Below the pieces are notes generated by a model. That model was not told the DNA's origin. It did not search any database and saw only the letters and a list, made by a program, of their open reading frames with translations. Source: Candidatus Bathyarchaeota archaeon (GTDB taxonomy: Archaea; Thermoproteota; Bathyarchaeia; Bathyarchaeales; Bathycorpusculaceae). From it: a stretch of 64,000 bases of DNA. Shown here piece after piece: positions 58,730 through 64,000 of this stretch (position 1 is its first letter; the number at the start of each line of letters is the position of its first letter). The position numbers and the translations under genes are program-made. Where the stretch lies: assembly GCA_963833575.1 (NCBI GenBank), contig CAWHXY010000007.1:192001-256000 (forward strand), in the 5' to 3' direction.

Positions 58730-59276
58730 CGCCGAAACTTCGGCTCCAAAGTTTCCTTTGCGAATTACCATCTATCATGCCGCTCAAGATGATCCTAAAA
58801 AAAACACTGCCTTAAGATTAAAACGTCGTGGATTTGCACGGATAGTTACTAAGACACGGTTTCTACCAAAACGAGCTATAGTGCTAAATCCGTTCGGTGA
58901 AATTGCTTTTTCACCTGCAGACAGAGAGCGAATTGAGCAGTTTGGGTTGGCTGCGCTGGATTGCAGTTGGGAACATGCAGAAAAAGTCATGGGTGATCAC
59001 GTTAAAGGAACAAGTCGTTGCTTGCCCATTCTAATTGCGGGAAACGCTGTCAATTTTGGGAAACTTACCAAGTTAACTACTGCCGAAGCCATAGCCGCTG
59101 CATTATATATTGCTGGATTCCAAAAGGAATCACATGAGCTTTTATCAATTTTCACTTGGGGACACACGTTTTTCGATTTAAACGCCATGCTGCTTGGCAA
59201 TTATGTTGCAGCCAAAGATAGTACTGAAATCGTGGAAATGCAAAATAGGCTTTTGAAGGGCAAGAAATGTGAATAA
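58719..59276 (+). CDS. tsr3: 16S rRNA aminocarboxypropyltransferase (DUF367)
   Basis: QDDPKKNTA, LDCSW, RCLPILIAGNAVNFG, LTTAEAIAAAL, FTWGHTFFDLN. Confidence 0.92.
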   Translation: MEDNAETSAPKFPLRITIYHAAQDDPKKNTALRLKRRGFARIVTKTRFLPKRAIVLNPFGEIAFSPADRERIEQFGLAALDCSWEHAEKVMGDHVKGTSRCLPILIAGNAVNFGKLTKLTTAEAIAAALYIAGFQKESHELLSIFTWGHTFFDLNAMLLGNYVAAKDSTEIVEMQNRLLKGKKCE

Positions 59277-59283
59277 CACTGGG

Positions 59284-59306
59284 GTTTTGTTGATGCTTTT
59301 GTATAC
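59284..59306 (+). repeat. 23-bp dispersed motif, copy 6
   Basis: GTTTTGTTGATGCTTTTGTATAC. Confidence 0.9.
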
Positions 59307-59375
59307 AGAATCATGAAAGACTTATAGCAAACCATTGCAAAACTCATTAAAAGGCGCCATGGGTTATGGTGAAGC

Positions 59376-60017
59376 TTGCAATACATAACTGATTTCTATT
59401 TATTCTTAGCTTCAGTCATGCTGATTTCACTCTCAGGCGTCCTAATGCCAGGACCATTATTCGCCGTTACATTAAAGAAAGCAACAAAAAGCAAGGTTGC
59501 AGGAGCATTAATTGCCCTGGGACACGGATTAGTGGAGTTTCCGCTGATGTTTCTAATTTTCTTCTTGCTCAGCCAATTTAACATTCCAAGCATTGTGCAA
59601 GTAGTAGTTGGAGTGGTTGGAGGACTCTTGATGATTCTTATGGGCATACAAACATTCAGAAACAGAAGCAAAAGGGAGGAATCAAAGGTAAGTCTTAAGC
59701 TGGATTCCGTATTTGCGGGAGTTTATACAACAGCAGTTAATGCAGGCTTCATTTTGTGGTGGTTAACCATTGGCACAACACTCATACTAAATGCTCGACT
59801 GTTTGGGTTTGTTGGATTTTCAATATTTGCTGGTGTTCATTGGTTAATTGATTTCTCATGGTACACTATAACGGCATTGGTGATTTTTAAGTCGCAGCGA
59901 TTTTGGAACGAGCGCATAAGAATGGGAATTACAATTTTTTGTGTTGCAGTCTTCATCGGTTTTGGAGCTTACTTTATGGGTTCAACATTATGGGTTTCTA
60001 TTAGTACAGTTATATAG
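59376..60017 (+). CDS. LysE-family translocator
   Basis: SGVLMPGPL, GHGLVE, NAGFILWW; six TMs. Confidence 0.88.
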   Translation: MQYITDFYLFLASVMLISLSGVLMPGPLFAVTLKKATKSKVAGALIALGHGLVEFPLMFLIFFLLSQFNIPSIVQVVVGVVGGLLMILMGIQTFRNRSKREESKVSLKLDSVFAGVYTTAVNAGFILWWLTIGTTLILNARLFGFVGFSIFAGVHWLIDFSWYTITALVIFKSQRFWNERIRMGITIFCVAVFIGFGAYFMGSTLWVSISTVI

Positions 60018-60037
60018 AAAGCGGAGAGAATACTGTC

Positions 60038-60592
60038 ATGAAATTTCACGTAGGAAACACAGTTTTCGAGTTAATCAAAGGCGACATCACCGAGATTGAA
60101 ACTTATGCTATTGTTAACGCGGCAAATTCGTCGCTGAAGGGTGGAGGGGGAGTGGATGGAGCGATACATAGTAAAGGGGGACCTAAAATTCTTGAAGAAT
60201 GTAAACGTATAAGAGACACTGAGTGGCCTGATGGTTTGCCAACTGGAAAATCAGTGATTACTTCAGGCGGCAACCTGAAAGCTAAATATGTTATTCATAC
60301 AGTTGGGCCTGTCTGGATGGGAGGATTCCACGTCGAATCTGAACTTTTGAAACAGGCATACAGGAACTCGCTGAAACTAGCAGTTGCTAAAGGACTTAAG
60401 ACAATTGCGTTTCCATCAATTAGCACTGGAGCTTATGGCTATCCTATTGAAGAAGCCAGCCTGATAGCAGTCAAAACGATAAAGGATTTTCTGGAAAAGG
60501 AAGATAAAATTGTAAAAGTTGTTTTTGTATTGTTTTCTGGTAATGCATTTGAAGTCTATTTGAAAACTGCGAAAGCCCTTTTGAAGCCTTAG
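60038..60592 (+). CDS. Macro-domain O-acetyl-ADP-ribose deacetylase (YmdB-like)
   Basis: GDIT, IVNAANSSLKGGGGVDGAIH, VIHTVGP, AFPSISTGAYGYP. Confidence 0.95.
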   Translation: MKFHVGNTVFELIKGDITEIETYAIVNAANSSLKGGGGVDGAIHSKGGPKILEECKRIRDTEWPDGLPTGKSVITSGGNLKAKYVIHTVGPVWMGGFHVESELLKQAYRNSLKLAVAKGLKTIAFPSISTGAYGYPIEEASLIAVKTIKDFLEKEDKIVKVVFVLFSGNAFEVYLKTAKALLKP

Positions 60593-60782
60593 CCTCAAAA
60601 GAAATCATTACCAAATGCTAAGTTTATCGACATTGTTTTTATTGGTTAAACTAACTATGTCTTTTTTAGACGCATCAATTTTCAGAATATATCAAATATT
60701 AAAACAAGCCATATATTAATATTTGAGATACAAATGTATTCACGAACAACAAATCAACAATACGGACAAAGAGAGTTAGAAA

Positions 60783-61157
60783 ATGAAACAAGGATTAACT
60801 GAGTTGGGTTTTGAAATTCTTTTTTCAACCGATGACTCGCCAGGTAAAATTGCCTTTGATCAGGCAATCGAAGAATCAATTGAGGCCGCGCTTTCGCTTT
60901 TGGGAAATATAAGTAAAGAAAGGGTTTATCACCATTTGGAAAACAGGTATGGCTTAAAGAAAGAGGATATTCCTCGGCGTATTGGAGAGTTCACGCATGC
61001 TTTTGAAGAAACATTTGGCTCAGTTGCTAAGCTCCTTGAAATAAAAATAATTGAGCGGCTTCATTCTAAATTCGGGAATTTCTCTTATAGTCCGATGCAT
61101 GAAGACATAGATTTCATAGAATTTATTAATAATCTTCAGCAGTATTTGGAGACTTAA
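60783..61157 (+). CDS. Hypothetical helical protein (DUF3227-like, common in TACK archaea)
   Basis: ALSLLG...VYHHLE..YGL...IP.RI.EF..A.EE.FG..AKLLE pattern. Confidence 0.65.
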   Translation: MKQGLTELGFEILFSTDDSPGKIAFDQAIEESIEAALSLLGNISKERVYHHLENRYGLKKEDIPRRIGEFTHAFEETFGSVAKLLEIKIIERLHSKFGNFSYSPMHEDIDFIEFINNLQQYLET

Positions 61158-61453
61158 ACAACCGTTAAAGTCAAAGTCGACTTAATGCTATCAAGATTTT
61201 TTATATTTTTAAACACTACTTCACGAAGTTGCTCCAAAGATTCACCACTTACTTTGGCAATAATATCGTAAGCTCCACGAGAATTATAAAGCTCAACAAC
61301 ACCTTCAACATTTTTCAAATCTTCAAGTGCGCCTTTGGTTGAATCAGGTTTGGCGGTTATGAAAACAAAAGCAAACCTTTTAGAAGTCTGGGTCGTTTCC
61401 ATTAAAGAATTAATGTCGATTCCGGCACCTATGTTTGCGAAGACATTTTCCAA
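61154..61453 (-). CDS. Stand-alone Lrp/AsnC ligand-binding (RAM) domain protein
   Basis: AFVFI...GAYDIIAKV...IKNLDSIKSTLTL; start may be the ATG at 61402. Confidence 0.88.
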   Translation of the reverse strand: MENVFANIGAGIDINSLMETTQTSKRFAFVFITAKPDSTKGALEDLKNVEGVVELYNSRGAYDIIAKVSGESLEQLREVVFKNIKNLDSIKSTLTLTVV

Positions 61454-61716
61454 AATCTCAACCCTCGTTACATATACAATTGCCGAAACATCGCTATTAA
61501 ATCTGTGTTACAGTCTAATCACAACAACAAGTTAGCCTGACAAGCGCGTCCATGTCAAACATGTGCCAACTGGACGAAGCTGACGCCTTGTATGACGGGC
61601 TTTTTCACAGAACCCAGAGAGAGCAAATGGCACGCATTTATTTTTTGTCTCTTTCTTGATTTCATTACTGAAGGCTAAACTTGGTCTCTTTAATGCTAAA
61701 GATCATTTACGCAATT

Positions 61717-62262
61717 CTAGCCGTTTGTTGTGCTTAATTGAATCAGGGAATACACATCATATTTGTTACCAATTGCTTTTCTTCCTTCCAAATAGCCAAG
61801 CTCAATTAGAAAGCCTAAGCCAACGACTCTGCCACCTAATTTCTCGACTAGTTCGATGTTTGCTTTTACGGTTCCACCGGTTGCAAGCAAATCATCAACA
61901 ATCAAAACATTCTCACCCTTTTTTATGGCGTCTTCATGCATCTCGATGGTATCACATTCATATTCTTTTTTGTATGTAAGGTTCACGCACTTAAAGGGCA
62001 ACTTGCCTTTTTTCCTCACTGGAACAAAACCGATTCCTAACTCGTAAGCCAAAGCTGCACCGATAATGAATCCTCGGGCTTCGTTTGAAACAATAGCATC
62101 AATTGTTTTGCCTCTATAATGATCAGCTAACTGTTTGATTGATTCATGGAAGAAAATCTTGTCTTTCAAAAGCGGAGTAATATCCCAAAATACCACGCCT
62201 TTAAACTCGGGAATTCTTCGAACCTTGGATTTGAGATCAACCTGTTTGTCCGTTTTTTTCAT
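61717..62262 (-). CDS. apt: Adenine phosphoribosyltransferase
   Basis: GVVFWDITPLL, EARGF, VRKKGKLP, IVDDLLATGGT. Confidence 0.95.
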   Translation of the reverse strand: MKKTDKQVDLKSKVRRIPEFKGVVFWDITPLLKDKIFFHESIKQLADHYRGKTIDAIVSNEARGFIIGAALAYELGIGFVPVRKKGKLPFKCVNLTYKKEYECDTIEMHEDAIKKGENVLIVDDLLATGGTVKANIELVEKLGGRVVGLGFLIELGYLEGRKAIGNKYDVYSLIQLSTTNG

Positions 62263-62276
62263 ATTTTTTTTCTCCT

Positions 62277-63062
62277 TTACACAAATGCGCCTTTTAGAGC
62301 TTGATTACATTCGCAACTGCATTCACAGGGCAGATTAGCGATGGTTTGAGCGATTATACGTTTAACGTTTTCAATATTTGCCTTCATGGTTGCCAAAATA
62401 TCATCTACAGATACCACGTGATCTTTCCAAACGTCGTAGTCTGTTACAGTTGAAATTGAAGCGTAACAGATTTCTGCTTCTCTTGCTAAGACGCATTCGG
62501 GAACAAGTGTCATACCAACCACATCAGCGCCCCATTGACGATACATTTTGGATTCCGCTTTGCTGGAAAAGCGTGGTCCTTCGATACAAACATATGTTCC
62601 TGTCTCATGCGTTTTAATACCCATGTCTTTTGCCACAGATATGATAGTTTTTCTAAGCTCAGGGCACATTGGTTCTGCCACCGAGATGTGGCATACCTTA
62701 TTTTCTGTGTAAAATGATTGTTCTCTCCGTGTAGTTCGGTCGATGAATTGATCAACAAAAACGATTTCGCCTGGATGGAACTCCTCCTTAAGCGATCCCA
62801 CAGTTGAAGGCGCAAGAATACGTTTCACTCCAAGTCGCTTTAACGCAAAAATATTTGCCCTAACATTAATGTCAGTTGGCCTAATAGTGTGCTTTTTTCC
62901 GTGTCTCGGCAAGAAAGCAACGCATTTGCCGCCAAGCTCACCGACGGTTATGGTGTCGGAGGGCTTACCATACGGGGTTTCCATCGCGACTTCTTGAACG
63001 TTCTTTAACAGTTTAGGGTCATAAAGACCTGTTCCACCGATTACTCCAAATTCTGCTTGCAT
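62277..63062 (-). CDS. mtnP: S-methyl-5'-thioadenosine phosphorylase
   Basis: GVIGGTG, TPYG.PS, RHG, EGPRFS, GMT, VTDYD; ATG 63062 preferred. Confidence 0.95.
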   Translation of the reverse strand: MQAEFGVIGGTGLYDPKLLKNVQEVAMETPYGKPSDTITVGELGGKCVAFLPRHGKKHTIRPTDINVRANIFALKRLGVKRILAPSTVGSLKEEFHPGEIVFVDQFIDRTTRREQSFYTENKVCHISVAEPMCPELRKTIISVAKDMGIKTHETGTYVCIEGPRFSSKAESKMYRQWGADVVGMTLVPECVLAREAEICYASISTVTDYDVWKDHVVSVDDILATMKANIENVKRIIAQTIANLPCECSCECNQALKGAFV

Positions 63063-63335
63063 GCCAACTACTTCAAGCGCACACCTTATAAAAATAGCGA
63101 CGAACAATTGGGAACAATTGGTAATACCAGATTTAGGGCTTCATCCCTCGCTTGTCTACTCTCACAACTTACTATACCTCATACGTTGGAAATCAAGGCA
63201 TTTTCAGATATTTGTCTCGGCAATGGTCAGCTGATTGCTTAATTGAGAGACATATGGGCAGAAAGTAGACAACAGTTTGTTTTCTGTAAAGGAAAAACAA
63301 AAAAAATGAAAGAACATGACTCAATCATTGACGCT

Positions 63336-64000
63336 TCAAGAACCAAAACTAATGTTTTGAGGATGCACCACGAAAACATCGTCAGAGGGACTTACCGGAT
63401 AACTAACTCCCATCCCAGTATCAACAATCACAAACACTGCATTGTTATTCGTATTTATCAAGGCCTGATGAATAGGTGCATTCATTATCATCAGTGGACC
63501 AGTCAAATTCTCCGACGCCACACCTGAAAAAGCAAAATAACCTGAACTAGCAACGCTGTAACCTGTCGTTTTGAAATCAGTAGAAGGCGACTTGACCTGC
63601 TGTGAAGCCGTGTAGCTGGTTTGAAGGTTAACCGTAGCGAAGCCTACCGCAATTGCTGAACAAACCAGAATCAAAGTTAAAGCAAATACCAAAAAGAAAT
63701 TCCGATGATTTAACTGAACACTTGGTTTTTGCTCAGAGATATTTCTTAACCTTGTATCCAATCTTGGGTGGGTAGAGAGAATCCCAAGTCTGTGCAGCAC
63801 CGAGGAAGTAACCAAGAGATTGGAAGAAAAACTGACTAACACGCTTTCTCTTGGTAAACTCTCAATTGATTTGCAGATTTTAGATAGAGCATTAGCCAAG
63901 GCTGCAGGTTTTTCGGAAAGCCCGATGGCGCATTCATCAGCATACATTTCCCTTTCCCTTTGACCCATTGAAGAAACTACGTAGGCAAGTGGGTTGAAAA
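63336..64000 (-). CDS. C-terminal part of an M48/M56-type membrane zinc metallopeptidase (partial at window edge)
   Basis: NP...REREMYAD, LANALSKI, STHP.LDTRL, then a TM; the frame stays open to the window end. Confidence 0.75.
   Translation of the reverse strand, partial: FNPLAYVVSSMGQREREMYADECAIGLSEKPAALANALSKICKSIESLPRESVLVSFSSNLLVTSSVLHRLGILSTHPRLDTRLRNISEQKPSVQLNHRNFFLVFALTLILVCSAIAVGFATVNLQTSYTASQQVKSPSTDFKTTGYSVASSGYFAFSGVASENLTGPLMIMNAPIHQALINTNNNAVFVIVDTGMGVSYPVSPSDDVFVVHPQNISFGS

Noticed and set aside
46702-59306. 23-bp motif interpreted as a CRISPR array
   Set aside because: Copies are 0.6-4 kb apart, in both orientations, and there are no cas genes
61538-61633. Assignment as a pistol or hammerhead ribozyme
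   Set aside because: The topology is loosely pistol-like, but the conserved GCG and GU cleavage-site nucleotides and the hammerhead CUGANGA/GAAA core are absent
1037-63527. Numerous 60-150-aa ORFs antisense to or nested in confident genes
   Set aside because: Shadow ORFs of real coding sequences

Overview
Archaeal chromosomal DNA, most likely Bathyarchaeia (TACK). This is inferred from TBP, TFS, pelota, eL38, a Cren7-like protein, an ESCRT-III/Snf7 protein, archaeal RNase P RNA, a PEF-CTERM surface protein and methanofuran genes. 0-8.9 kb: 3' part of a complex-I-like operon (fused NuoC/D, H, I, J, K, L, M, N) whose large subunit keeps both [NiFe]-binding CxxC motifs, so it is an energy-converting hydrogenase. 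9-21.5 kb: Snf7, proBA, a K+-independent H+-PPase, pelota, tbp, tRNA thiolase, AK6 kinase, PhzF and RNase P RNA. 21.7-31.6 kb: a patch of small hypothetical/Zn-ribbon/membrane ORFs with AlaX and TFS. 31.7-38.7 kb: an N-truncated pelota/eRF1 paralogue, a compact methanofuran operon (mfnB-A-D-F-E plus a divergent HisA-like gene) and a Cren7-like gene. 39-64 kb: MMPL and ABC transporters, tRNA-Phe, tRNA-Val, rpl38e, two PD-(D/E)xK nucleases, several long gene-free gaps and NAD/SAM by-product salvage genes. The strongest unexplained signal is six intergenic copies of a non-palindromic 23-bp motif (GTT[T/C][T/G]G[T/G]TGATGCTT[T/C][T/C]GTATAC). All lie in 46.7-59.3 kb, and two inverted pairs bracket the two largest gaps. 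Other unexplained signals are a three-hairpin array with about 54-nt periodicity, a pseudoknot-compatible intergenic segment, a 17x8-bp repeat built from the proA stop region and several unannotated microproteins. All calls come from reading motifs by eye; no database searches were run.
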